A DNA stretch of 64,000 nt. It comes from Amphiscolops sp. MND2022. Its lineage: Eukaryota. The stretch's first letter is position 1. The number at the start of each line of letters is the position of its first letter. The DNA lies in contig OZ076409.1 in assembly GCA_964187785.1 (NCBI GenBank), positions 80,106,001 through 80,170,000 on the forward strand, written 5' to 3'. The notes under the pieces are model-generated. The model made no database searches, had not been told where the DNA came from, and saw only the letters and a list, made by a program, of their open reading frames with translations. Of this stretch, positions 13,034-25,949 are shown piece by piece. Both the position numbers and the translations under genes were made by a program.

Positions 13034-13735
13034 CTGTGAAAAAATAAAGTGACTCACTCGTTTATCAACTTCACGGTAACTTTGGTAGGGTCAATTGGTA
13101 GGGACTGAATCCTGAAAACATTACCTTGAAAAAAACTGAGCAAAATACATTTCTAAGCTAGCTGCTTCGCATGACTTTAAAAAATTTTGCAACTGCTATT
13201 TGAAATGCTAAAAATGGGACTGTTGATTTCGCCGGAAACGTCAAATAACTCGACTGCTCTTGCAACTATTAGTAGCTTCGAAAAATTAATACTATAGAAC
13301 ATTTGTTGTATAAAAACATTTCTGGCACAGCCTCCGTAAAGTCAATCCTAACTGAATTGTGTGCGTATAAAACATTGTGAAGGCACAAAAACAATAGTGG
13401 ACGCTAAAAAATCTCTGGGTTATGACTATTCAAGTCCTCCAATTTCGTTTTTCTTAGAATAGGACTTAACACCGAGATTTTTTCTGAAAAGGAGTTACAG
13501 TGCTGCGAAAGGCGACCGAAATAATTGACAGAAAACCGATTGTATCGGAATTATGCTGGAATAAGAAAAAATCACTTTGTATCACGGAATAAATCGTCTT
13601 GAAAAAAAGCTACGTCTAGAAAAAAATGTATATTGTACGAATAATCGTTTACTGTGATACGCAGAAGTAATTATTTCATCACATTTCGAGCCAAGATGAA
13701 AGGCCGAGTTTGCCTAATACGACGCGGATGACAGC

Positions 13736-13983
13736 TGTAATACGGTGTGAATACCGATACCGAATTCTACGGTGACATTGTCAATCAAACTTAAATCTCA
13801 TAGATCAAATTTGTAGAGCTTATGTTTATATATTTGTAAACAACCTACTCCTACTTTATATTGAGGTCAAATCATTTGATGCTAGACATAGTGATAGAAG
13901 AGATCGCATTGACATTACTTTGAGTTGAAAGAGATACTTTTAGAAAAACCTTTCTTTCTTCTACTTAACCAAGAAATAGAATA
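13736..13983 (+). repeat. 5' LTR
   Basis: Runs TGTAATACGG...AGAATA (terminal CA mutated to TA) and matches the 3' LTR. Confidence 0.95.
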
Positions 13984-13995
13984 TGGCGCAGTCAG
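13984..13995 (+). promoter_or_regulatory. Primer-binding site, probably tRNA-Ser
   Basis: TGGCGCAGTC immediately after the 5' LTR is complementary to the ...GACUGCGCCA 3' end typical of tRNA-Ser. The tRNA identity is inferred. Confidence 0.7.
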
Positions 13996-14033
13996 CATTT
14001 TAATGATTTGTTGAGTTTTACCAAAACAAAGAA

Positions 14034-17000
14034 ATGGCAACGGAAACGAAGCAGATAGAAGTGCCGAACTTCGAGGCCACATCAGACGGAAAACGGATTT
14101 TTACACCGAAACAGTGGCTCGAAAGATTCAGACAATACACAAAAAGAAAATATCAAAATGGATATTACCGAATTGATACGGGGAGCCGAAAAGACTCAAA
14201 ACGGTTGGACCGGAAAAGAAGCAGAGATACAAGAACACTTCATATGGGGTGTGGGCTCCGAAGCACTGTACCAAATGACACGGGCAGAATACAAAACAGA
14301 ACAATATTGCGGTGAAAGATCTCATCAGGCTATTCAACGAATATTTTCTACCGAAACGAAACACATATCATAATCGCGGAGAATTCTTTTGGACAAAGCA
14401 AACCGAAACAGAAACTGGCGAAGATTGATAGAGATAGAAAAAGAATGCGCGTTCGAAGGAATAACAGCCGAAGATCTACTCATTTCAAAATTTATGACCG
14501 CAATTACGGATACAAAACTTCGAGACAAACTAATGAAAGAGAAGAAACTCGAACTGAAAAAAACACAATCGAAATGATAAAACAAAACACATATGAACGG
14601 AAAAACCGAAAAAACACAATACCGGAAGCACTAATCACAAGCCGAGAAAAAGAAATAGAAGAAGAACCGATACAAAAAATGGAACGATTCGGAACCAGAC
14701 CGAAAAATAGAACAACAAATGAAAAACCCTGTAAATTCTGTAACGCACCAAACTGGAACCCAACACGCAAATGCCCGGCATTGGATAAACTCTGCAACAA
14801 TTGCGGAAAGAAAGGACACTTTGCCCGAAAATGCAGACAAAAAGAAAATTACAGACGCAAAGTACAAAACGTAACCGAAGAAACAACAGCAATTGGCGGA
14901 GAATCCGACGAATCAGAAACAAGTATCTACAGAATCGAAGAGATAAATAGAATTACCGACAAAAACAAATACCTAACAGCAAAGGTAAAAGTGAACGGAA
15001 TTGAGAAAGAATTCATAGTGGATACCGGATCACCAATCTCGATAACGCCGGCAGACGAACAAATATTGAAGAAAACCGAAATGCAGAAAATAAAACATCG
15101 ATACCAAGATGTAAACAAAAATGAATCCAGATTCCGGGGACAAACACCAACAGACATCGAATACGAAAACAACAAACAGAAAATGTAAATATTAATCACC
15201 GAAAAAAATGACATAACAACATTATTGGGGATGGACTGGATGAAGAAATTCAATCTAACAATTAGAAATATCCGAACAGACGAAAACAGCCAATCCGAAA
15301 AGAAACGGGTAATCGAAAAGGTCCCGGATTTATTCAAAAACAACACAACAATAAAAGACACGGAATTAAACATCCAGCTGAAACCGGGACACTACCCGGT
15401 AAAACAAAAAGCAAGACCAATTCCACTACACCTGCAAGAAGAAGTCGGAAAAGAATTGGAAAAACTAATAAAAACCGGACACCTGGAAAAAGTAAAACAC
15501 GTGGACGAAGATTGTTTTGTTTTTCCGGTAGTAATCACCGTAAAAAACGATAAATCAGTATAAATTGCACTAGATTCAAGGAAACTAAACGACAGCTGCA
15601 TAAAAATTAGACACCAAATGCCGAACATGGAAAAACTGTTGAATCAAATTTCGGTAGAAATCACAAGAGACCGAACCAAAGAATTGAACATATCAAAAAT
15701 CGATCTGGATTACGCGTACGGCCAAACGAAATTATCAAAAGAGACAAGCCGACAATGCGTATTCGCGATAACCGGAGGGAAATTTAGTGGATACTTTCGA
15801 TTCAAAAAAGGATTCTAAGGTCTTGCCGATATTCCAACTATTTTCCAAGAGAAGATCGACCGAACTTTAGAGTACTCCACACCAGCGTGGCTAGACGATA
15901 TAATAGTAGTCACCAGAGGAGACCGAACAGAACATGAGAAGAAATTGTTTGATGGATTGAGAAAACTACAAGATGCAGGATACCGAGCAAGTGAAAGAAA
16001 ATCGGAGTTCTTTCTAAATAAAACCAAATGGCTCGGACACGAAATCGATGAAACGGGGATAAAACCGAATACAGAGAAAATGAAAGCAATATTAGATTTG
16101 AAACACCCGGAAAATCAAAAACAGCTGAAGTCATTTCTCGGTGCAATACAATATTTAGCAAAGTTTATACCGAGACTATCGGAAAGAACCGAAAGATTCC
16201 GGAGACTGCTGAAGAAAGAATCCAAATGGAACTGGGGAAAAGAACAAGACGAAGATTTCAACAACATAAAGAAACTACTAACCGAAGAACCTTGTCTCGC
16301 TCATTATGCAAAGGACAGAGATAACATCGTCACAACCGACGCAAGTAAAACCGGACTTGGTATTACATTATGGCAGAAACAGTCGGATGGAGAAATAAAA
16401 CCGATAGCATTCGGAAGTAGATATCTAAATGAAAGCGAACAAAATTACTCGATCGGGGAGTTAGAATTACTAGCAGTGGCGTGGGGCTTAGAAAAATTCC
16501 GATTTTATTCATACGGAAAGAAAGTCTTTTTATACACAGATCACCAAGCACTTGAACCACTGATTAAAAGAAACCGGTGGAATCGGCAATACAGTGCAAG
16601 ACTAACCAGATGGTTAGACCGACTTGCACACTTTGATATAACGATACATTATATTGCCGGTAGCAATCTAAAATTCATCGACTTCTTGAGTAGAAATCCG
16701 GTAGAAAACGCAGCGACCGAAGACGTATACGATGAGCAATACGTAATTAACATCCTCTCAGAACCAGCCGAATTATATGTAAAATACGGCTCACTATTCG
16801 TCGACCAATCACGCGACGCGTCGAAAAGGAATAAAATGAACGAAACTAAGAGCGATGACCAATCAAAACACAATAGAACATTCGAGAATAACCGAGACGT
16901 GAACAAAAACCGCGACCAAGCGAAATTTACATCGAACAATAGCCGAGAAAAATTAAAACCGGAAAGTAAAATCCAAAACGCAACGTTACATCAAAATTCA

Positions 17001-19223
17001 ATTTCAAATTCAAATTCAATACCACCATTTAAGAACGAAATGGACCGAGAATACTTCCACTGGGGCGCAACAACTGAGACTATGGAAATCATCAGACGGA
17101 GAAGAAAGAGCCCAGAAACTCTCAGACTAGTATAAAGGAGGCTGGAAATCTCGAGACCAGGAACAATGCGCAGAAAGTTTGATATGAACGCGCAACGGCA
17201 AATCTGGGTTCCTTCTCGACCGAATAAGAGAAGCAGAGAAGGAATCGCCGAAATCGACGGAGACTTACTCTCTCGAGCTAATCGACTCGGCGGGGGCTAC
17301 CAACCACTAGAAGACCGAACAGCGGAAGACGAAGACCCAAACAACAACAACAACCACCAACAACCGGAAATTATAGAAGAAGAAAACGAACCGGAAAGCG
17401 AAGGCGAAAGCCAAATAATACGGGGAGACAACTTCCGAATCGTGGACTTGAAAGCATACAATACGGAAGGCCGAGAAGCTCAGTTCATACAAATCAATCA
17501 GGTAATTGACAAGATGACGGGAGACTAAAAAGCAACGGAAGACGCTATAAGGAAGGCCGAATTCAACTTCATGCTCGACCTAAAGACATTAATCGCGAAA
17601 TCCAATACAGACGCCGAACTAAATCGGGTCAGAGACGCGATGAGACGAGCAGAAAAAAACTAGGCCCCAGAATTGTACCGAACAGTATTCGAGAAACTAT
17701 CGAATAAGTGGGGATTACCATTCAATGAAGACCGCATAATCATACCGACTGAACTGAGAAAAAAACTGCTCGACACACTGCACTTCGGACACGCCGGATC
17801 AACAAAGATGCTCGCGGAATCCAAGATATTCTGGTGGCCGAATATGTGCAAAGAAATCGAGGACAAAACCAAAAACTGCGTAGCCTGCATGGCTTCGGGT
17901 AAGAATTTAAATTATCAATTACCGAAAAATAACTTCGGAAAACTAAAAACCTTGACGCAACCAGGACAAGAAGTTCAAATCGATTTTACCGGAAAACTAA
18001 ATCACAAAAAACTAAACGGAGAACACCTAATACTAATCGCTATCGATAGATTTAGTAAGTGGCCAACCGCAAAGATTTGCAAATCATCGGAAACAAAAGT
18101 ACTGAATTTCTTAAAACAAAACTTTAATTTATACGGAATCCCGGAAAAAATCAAAACGGATAAAGGAGCATTCATCGCCAAAGAATATAGAGATTTCTGC
18201 AAATCGAAAAATATCGAAATCGAATATAGTACACCGAGGTTACATACCGGTACGGGAGTAGTAGAACGCGCAATCCAAACATTAAAGAACTTAATAATTG
18301 CCAACATCGAAGACAATTTATGCCTGACAGAATGTGTAAATAGAGCATTACATGTAATACGATTTACGATACATACGGGACAAAAGATTACGTAATTCGA
18401 ATTACATCACGGCCGTAAACCACGGACCGAACTAACCATTCTAATGAAAACCGGAAAATCATTCCTTTCTAATTGGTCAGAAATGTCTATTTCAGCAAAC
18501 CACCGACTGAAGATACCTACCTACGTCACCAGAAACGGAGACGGGGAGGTATCAAACCACATAGTGATGGCCCGTACAAAAGCGGAAGAAAAAGCTCGAG
18601 CCGAAAAATCACCGAAAAAGAAAAATTCGGTCAGTAACTATCCTTTCCAATTCTTTGAAAAAAACCATAACAAAAAATCACTAGAAGGAATATTTCAAAA
18701 ACATCTACAAACGACAGTGAAAGGTACGGAACATACCGTTACCACCGATACCGGAAAAATAATTCACCGAAAATTTATTTCGGACCAGATTATATTTCAG
18801 AAAGAAAGAAAAACAGCACCAAAGATCGGAGACACAATAACCCCGAAAAACCGCCAATGCCTTAGAGGGGTAGACGGGAAGTACATCCAATGGAACGATA
18901 TTTTAAGAGACGGACTTAACGGGAAATTGAAAATCATCCCGAACAAGAAATTAGATTCGGACTCCGAAAGCGAAAAAGGAGAAATAGAAGACGAAGATAG
19001 CGACTTTGAGAACCCCGACACATCCGAACGAAACGGTCGCTACCAACCAATCACAGCATCACCCGAGGACAAACTGAATCTCCACGCGGATGGCGAATTG
19101 AATACGGGTGAGATAAAAACTGAAAATACAGTTACCGAAAAAAATATTAGACGGTCAAACCGGGAAAGCAAACAACCGAATAGATACGGGGGGGTTGCAT
19201 ATACTCGAAATTTTCGGGTATAA
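14034..19223 (+). pseudogene. Disrupted gag-pol of the intronic Gypsy element
   Basis: Zn knuckles CKFCNAPNWNPTRKC and CNNCGKKGHFARKC; protease IVDTGSP; RT DLDYAYGQ and WLDD; RNase H TDAS...ELELLAV...TDHQAL; integrase HFGH...CVAC, IDF, TDKG, VERAI. Several in-frame stops and frameshifts. Confidence 0.93.
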
Positions 19224-19378
19224 AAAATTGATAGAATTTATGTTAACAGGCGACAACAAGTGGAACAGTAGAAAAGAGCCACCACAACCACTCCCCACAC
19301 CAGCGGACTTCGCACGGGAGAAAACACCCACAACGGTATCATCGAGAATGTAAACCGAGGAGAGCCCAGAAGGGGGAA

Positions 19379-19626
19379 TGTAATACGGTGTGAAAACCGA
19401 TACCGAATTCTACGCTGACATTGTCAATCAAACTTAAATCTCATAGACCAAATTTGTAGAGCTTATGTTTATATATTTGTAAACAACCTACTCCTACTTT
19501 GTATTGAGGTCAAATCATTTGATGCTAGACATAGTGATAGAAGAGATCGCATTGACATTACTTCGAGTTAAAAGAGATACTTTTAGAAAAACCTTTATTT
19601 CTTCTACGTATCCAAGAAATAGAACA
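19379..19626 (+). repeat. 3' LTR
   Basis: Runs TGTAATACGG...AGAACA, preceded by the PPT and followed by the TSD. Confidence 0.95.
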
Positions 19627-19648
19627 ACAGCTTCCTCAAAATCTTTGA

Positions 19649-20263
19649 TTTTTAGTCGGCGCTTCATGAAGTCAAACGCGACTATACTAGTGACTTTTTT
19701 TCAATCCACACGAACTGACCCAAGTAGTTCTTAAAAGTTCTACGAAACTTTAAGGTGTCAAATTGTACAATTTGACCCAAGGAAGTAAACCAAAAGAGTT
19801 GTTCCTTTTTTTTCAGCGTAACATACAATACCGGGCGAGGCCAAAGGGTCCCACCTCCAGTTTTTTTTCGCACTATGAGACTTTTTTTTCGAAATTTTTT
19901 TTTCACCAAAAGGTCCCCCTTCAATTTTTGTGTTTTGCGACTGAATGGATGTTGAAAAATCCCAAAGTGTCCCTCTTTCAATTTTTTTTTCGGCGTTGTG
20001 ATACTTTTCTCGAGTTTTTTAAATGACTTCAAAGGGTCGTCCATTCAGTTTTTTTGATGTTTTGCGACAGAAATGTTGAAAAGTCCGAAAAGGTCCCCCT
20101 TTTAGCGCGCCAGGGGTACGCGCTAGCGGGCCCCGGCGCCCAATTGGGTCCAACTTTTGTGTTTTTCGGGTACTGTAAAAGAGAAAGAGAAAGACACTTT
20201 GAAGTCCTTTTGCTATTTTTGAGCTTCAGATATGGCGCCGACTTGGGCCGTTCCCGGCTTGTT
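19649..20263 (-). mobile_element. Helentron/DINE-1-like (HINE) element, complete copy
   Basis: Minus strand starts AACAAGCCGGGAACGGCCCAAGTCGGCGCC and ends in the palindrome ...GCGCCGACTAAAAA. No TSD; internal gggggaccc repeats. Confidence 0.65.
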
Positions 20264-20726
20264 GCAGACCACTGTCTACCTTGTCGGGATGATTCTTCCA
20301 ATTCTTTGCAGGTGACGTTTGCAAATGGTTTTTTGAGGACAGGTTTACAACGTCGAAAGGTTTTGAAATCAGTTTTTCTTTGATTGTAGATACGCTTTTG
20401 ACGAATGGCAGCTTCGGTTACGTGTAGAAAATTATTAGAGTTCATGTTGCAGTAATTTGAGACAGTGTGTATTATCTTCGTTCTCATATACAAGCAACAG
20501 AGTTTGACCAGTTATCGTTTTGGAAGTGGTAATGAAAATTCGATTTAAATTCAGAAATTAGCGACAATATCATTTTTCGCTACTTCACTCAGCAGTGAGT
20601 AAATGAAAGATTTCAATCAATAATTACAATGAAACTTTTTGATGACGAAACTTCTGGCGACGCAGTTGGCAGTCATTCAAAAATATTGACTCTTTAATTT
20701 TTTTCTTGTATCTGAAATTTACTAAC

Positions 20727-20888
20727 AAATGGCCAGTGTAGTGATAACCAAGATGACAATACTGATGACTAGTTTAGGTATCTCTGCATGGAGCACCATC
20801 ATCTCTTCTGACCTCATGTAAGCAGAAGACGAATATGTCATTTTGAAGTTTGACCCAGTTTCCAAAATCTCGCGGAACTCTGAGATTG
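20727..20888 (-). CDS. Patched-related protein, exon 3 (end of luminal domain 1 and TM2)
   Basis: cttttcag|...|gttagt, phase 1 to 1. Translates AISEFREILETGSNFKMTYSSSAYMRSEEMMVLHAEIPKLVISIVILVITTLAI. Confidence 0.82.
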
Positions 20889-21240
20889 CTGAAAAGAAAC
20901 AACAACTAGAGGTTTAAACTTTCTAATATACTTTGAACTACCTTCTGTCATGCTTTGAGAACCTTGAAGTGTATTCAACTCAATGATACTCACGTGATTA
21001 CGATATCTTTCGACTTGACTGAATTGTTGCTATTAGAGACTTGATTTTTTGTTTCTACTATGAGTTTTAAAAGTTTTTTTTCAAGAGATGGAGATGAAAT
21101 ATGCTGTGGAGGCTTACGTGTTTTCAAAAGAAATGCATTCATATGAGAACCCAAACATAGCCACTAGCTTCCATTCAAAAAAGCAGCTGATTACTTGATT
21201 GACCTTTAAATATTTCAGGTATACAGAAATATTAACTTAC

Positions 21241-21412
21241 CTTTGATAAGCTCAAACTGCCACTTTTCAGACTTCCTGGATCTTTCTATTCTGAATGTGA
21301 TAGGTGGAAGAGCAGACACGTATTCTGCTGACGTCATTTTGTCCACATCTCCAATATCGTTTCCCAAGTGCTTCTTCAGAACCTCAGGAGTCAGAAAAGA
21401 CGTCAGCGTATT
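21241..21412 (-). CDS. Patched-related protein, exon 2
   Basis: ttcctag|...|gtaagt, phase 0 to 1. Open frame NTLTSFLTPEVLKKHLGNDIG...KSEKWQFELIK, with phases fitting exons 1 and 3. Confidence 0.75.
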
Positions 21413-22644
21413 CTAGGAATAAAACTCAAATTGAAATGATTTTTTTTCAGGTGCAACCAGACTGGGTAGTCCGAAAAGATTTTTTCATAAAAACTGAGGG
21501 GGTTCAAGCAAAAGCAATAGAGTTTCAGTCAAGCCCCAGTTTCACTGTAATCAAAGCACGAACTCCTCAGACATGTCAAATCATATCTTTCGTATGAAGG
21601 ACAGGAAAAATATCCTTTGGACAGGCTTGTTTAAATGTATTTTGCCATACTTTAAATGGATATTCTAGAAATGAAGTAAGTATCGTTCACCGAATTTAAC
21701 AAAATAGAATTCCCAGAGAATGCAGACATGGAAAATTTTCTTCTAGAAAACGATGAAAAACTTCAAAAAATAGTTTTTGAACTTTTTGAGCCCAAAATTC
21801 AAACAATTTTGTGTCTAAATCTAGCAGGGAGCAACGTTCCCCGATTGTAAGCAGGTGTTTTCTTCTCCATTCTCAAAGTCGCTCGTCAGTACCTGTGGGT
21901 AGTAGCATGCACTTGACTACTAAAATTCGTTCGACGGTGAGATAACAGTTCGAGAGAACGTTAGAAGAATAGGATACTGAACGGCATGGTACATGAACTC
22001 CGTCAAAAAATTTAAGTTTGACGGTATAACCCTTAACATTTTCTACAAATTTCAGGATACATGACCTTGGTTTCCTCTTTTGAAAAAAATCTTTCCAAAT
22101 ACTCATTTATAGAATATTTATCCGAAATTAATACCATGATGATAATATTACCCTCATACGATTGCGCCATTAAGCGTTTTCACCGATGAGGTTGCGACTA
22201 TCGGAATGTTTATACCAAGTCGTGGCCAATGGGGGCGCTGATGGTAAGTGTTGAGTCGTGGCATGGCACTCAAAAACTTCGCGTTGCAAAAACGACACCG
22301 AGATGAACATTACACAGAATTAACACCACACCTGCAACTTGACATACAAATATTTTCACCAAATTCCATCAAAGCATTTTCAAAACTCTTAGTTTGTCAG
22401 CATGCGTTTCATTCATTTGATGTACTCGTAAAATAAGACATACCAACTCAACCTACTTCACTAAACGTATCTCTTTTTTTGTTTCATTGAAATTTTAAAA
22501 CACTAAGCAGTGGAAGCAAAACACGATTTCCGGATTCAACACCCCACCCCATTCCCGTTGTCTGCAAGATAAATGTCAAAAAACATCAAAGAAACAGATA
22601 AAAAGATTGAGTTAATTTAACGTAAATACTGGCACAGGACACTA

Positions 22645-23067
22645 CAAAAACCGGAAAAACCTAAGGGTAAGTATGGTCCAGGTCAATAGCCCAAAAAACT
22701 CAAGTGGGAAACTTTCGAAAACGTTCTCCATTGTACTCTCAAAGTGTCAAGTATTCTTTTACAGTACCTGAAAAATCCAAAAGTTGGAGCGAAATGGAAA
22801 GGGGGAGTTGAAGTGGGACCAAAAATTGAAGGGGGACCCTTTGGGGAAACTTTTTTTTCGAAAAAAAATGTTTTTCAATGCCGAAAAAATTGAAACGGGT
22901 TACCCTTTAGTCTCTAATCTTTTTGATTCAGTTCGCTAGGCCAAGTGGTTCAAATTGACACCATAAAAATTCGTAGAATTTTTGTAGAACAATTTTGGTC
23001 AGTTCGTGTGGATTGAAAAAAAGTTACTATATTAGTCGCGTTTCACTTCATGAAGCGACGACTAAAA
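22645..23067 (+). mobile_element. Decayed HINE-family copy (another partial copy follows to about 23500)
   Basis: Contains gaagggggaccc motifs and the 3' palindrome ttagtcgcgtttcacttcatgaagcgacgactaaaa. Confidence 0.6.
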
Positions 23068-24709
23068 CAATCTCAGAGCATTTCGGGAATGGCCCACGTC
23101 CTCGTCATGCTCAAAGTTCAGAAGCAGCAAAAGTTATCAATATGCAAAGGGACACTTTTGTGAAAAATTATTTCAAATTTACAGCGCTATAGAATACTCT
23201 CAACATCAAAAAACCTATTTTTGAAATAAATCGAAGTCTTTTTTCTTTTCGGAAAGAGTCTAATTGTTGAAAAAGACAAAAGAAAACTTCTAACTTCGCA
23301 TTAAAAAGTGAAGGGGGTACCATTTGACAATATGATATCTTTTTTTAAAAAAAGTCGCAGAGAGCCGAAAAACCTGACATTTGATCCAAGGGTATCGGGA
23401 TAACTTTTATCAGTCTCAAAGGACCTGAAAAAGACAAAAGATTTCACCATTAAAACTCGGAAAACGGTTTTCCTTAACAGACCAGAGCCTCATGTGTGGT
23501 AAAGGGGTCGGCTCATGTTTTTTTCAGACTCGCTCGAATCCCAAAAATACGATTTTGATGCTATTGCACATATTGGACGCTAATATAGTGTAGACTAACT
23601 GTAGAAAGCTTCGATTGAATCGAGTTTTTGAGACATACTTTTGGTCATTTTTGGGCTACATTTGGATAGAGTTCTCACAACCCAGTCATTTTGATGCCAT
23701 TGTCCACGCAGGAGCACCTTTGGGTGTAGGAAGACTGTGCTAATTTTTTTTCAAAAATCGCATGCACAATTTTTGAAAAAAAAACAAAACTTTCATGGAA
23801 AGGTCGGAAGAGAAAAGATCTCATAAGCAATTGCAATTTTTCCGATTCGTAGAAATTGATAAAAGGAAGATTTTATGGTCTTGTCTAATTTTGAGACTAA
23901 CGTAAATAATAGAATTTTCTTCAGGTATACAGTGTAGAGCGCATTACAGCAGCCTTACTACTGTACACTAACTCATGAAGGCAACATCTTCTTCTGGGCA
24001 ATTTTTCAGCGCTATAAAAACAAAAGAGCAATACTTGATACATTTCGCGTAAAAAAAACCTATTGCGAAAATCGAATTTCACTGTTGCACAATCCGCGGT
24101 ACTTTTCAACCAATTCGTTGATTTTGGAAAAGAGGAAATTCGTGGTCACCAGAGTGCACAACAATTCTTAAGACTATTGAAAGATTTCATTGAAAAGTCG
24201 GGAAAAAACCAACGCTACGATCGCATAAGTAGTTGGAAAAATTTCTGAATCCTTGAACTGTTCTAAAAGACTGCGAGAAAAATGATATTTTTTCAAAACA
24301 ATGTCATCGAAAAGTCGGATAGTGCCGAACAACTATGACGGGTCATCTGTGTTCGCGAAACGCTTTGTGTTTATCAAAAATTGAAATGGTTTTGATTTGC
24401 ATTGTATTTAAAAAAGCCAACAGGGAGTGATGTTGTCGCAGCTTCATGGTAGCGCTTGTCCTGTTGTGCACGCCTTGAAGAGATAACAAAAGGTGTGCCC
24501 CCCCCCCCAAAAAAAAGAAACAAACCTCGACTAGTGGAACCCTGTGAATCACCAAATTGCCGTTTGTTTGTTTTGCTTTATTTTTCAGTTTTAAGTTAAA
24601 CCCAGTCATGCAACTGCTTCCTCTCATGTTTCGTTTGAAATGTAAAAAGTAATCACATTTTACAATGCATTTTGTAAATTGTTTCCTGGACCCTTTGCTT
24701 TGATTACGA

Positions 24710-25949
24710 TATGAGCTGATGAGTCATGAAGCCTACAACTTATCTCAATTTGTCTCATTTTATGAATGAGACCTTAATGATGACTCAATATGCTATATCT
24801 GAACCATTAGTCAAGCCTCACTATGTGGAAAACGTAGTGACACATATACTCCCTTGTGCTGGAACCGACTTTTGACTATATGTCAACATGCGGAAAAATG
24901 TTGGCGCATATGCGTCAACATACGGAACCCTATCCTTTAGCTTACGCGGCGCTATGATGTTGGTATATAATAAATATACGTCACAAGGTGGAAACGTAGT
25001 GACGGTAGTAAGTCACACTGCAGATTTCCAGAGTTTTCATCACTCTCATGTAATACATATTTTGATTCTCAGGAATTTTATGTTAATTGAATATAAATAG
25101 AACTAACAAACAAACATGACGTATTTCTCTTTTTATCTTTTTGTGTGTCATGATACACATACAAATGAGTGTCACTCCCGAAATTTTTCTTGATATACCG
25201 AAATGGAGTGAATGAACACAACTTGAATAACTTTCATCAAAAGCAGTTGCTTGAAGCCCAAACTCAGACTTTGTAAAAGCAGTTTTCTTCGGCAATCATT
25301 CTCCTTCTTTCAACCTGACTTTCACAAATTTGTTGAGTAATTTCAAATTCTTTCTCAAATAATACAGTCTGTTTTCACTTGAGCAAGATGGGAAAAGGAA
25401 GGATCAGGAGATCTGGGAGATTAGAAACACCATCTCCAGACAGAGAGTTGAGCGAAATGCGGGTAGGTTCACCAAATTGAATTAATGAAACTTTAACTAA
25501 TGCTAATACCATTGTTCAAGATATTTTAGGTGAAGACGAATTAAAACTTCAACTAACTGAACCCAGCCAAATTAACAATGAGATCTAATTGTGGACTCAA
25601 ATCTTTGAACAGAAGAATAATTATAGAATCATGAAAATGCGGGAAGAAATAGAGAATAAGTTCGAGGCTATTTGAAAATATAACCATCAACAGTGTATCA
25701 ACAAAAGCAGATCGCAGGTCTGAAACAAACGAAAATCAAAATACCCAACCATCGGGATCCAAAAATGATAAATCTATCAGTTCGCGCATCTAATATTGAA
25801 AACTCAGATACAGAAGACGAAAATTATCCTCTCAAGGCCTCTGACATGAAGGACCTGATACTTCCTGCAAAGCCTTTGTATCGTAACGAATCTTGACTTG
25901 GACGCTACAATAGTTTCAAGTGAGGACTCAGAAAAGGAGGCTTACCACA
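24710..25949 (+). mobile_element. Probable LTR/solo-LTR remnant with a decayed ORF; left boundary uncertain
   Basis: A stop-riddled ORF starting MGKGRIRRSGRLETPSPDRE ends abruptly at ...TTACCACA, preceded by LTR-like non-coding sequence. No TSD confirmed. Confidence 0.4.

Larger units (their letters stand above)
13736..19626 (+). mobile_element. Full-length Ty3/Gypsy LTR retrotransposon (gag-pol with stops and frameshifts), antisense in intron 3 of the host gene
   Basis: 248-bp LTRs at 13736-13983 and 19379-19626 with 10 mismatches by manual count. 5-bp TSD ACAGC at 13731-13735 and 19627-19631. PBS TGGCGCAGTC at 13984 and PPT agaagggggaa at 19368-19378. Order is PR-RT-RH-IN. Confidence 0.97.
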
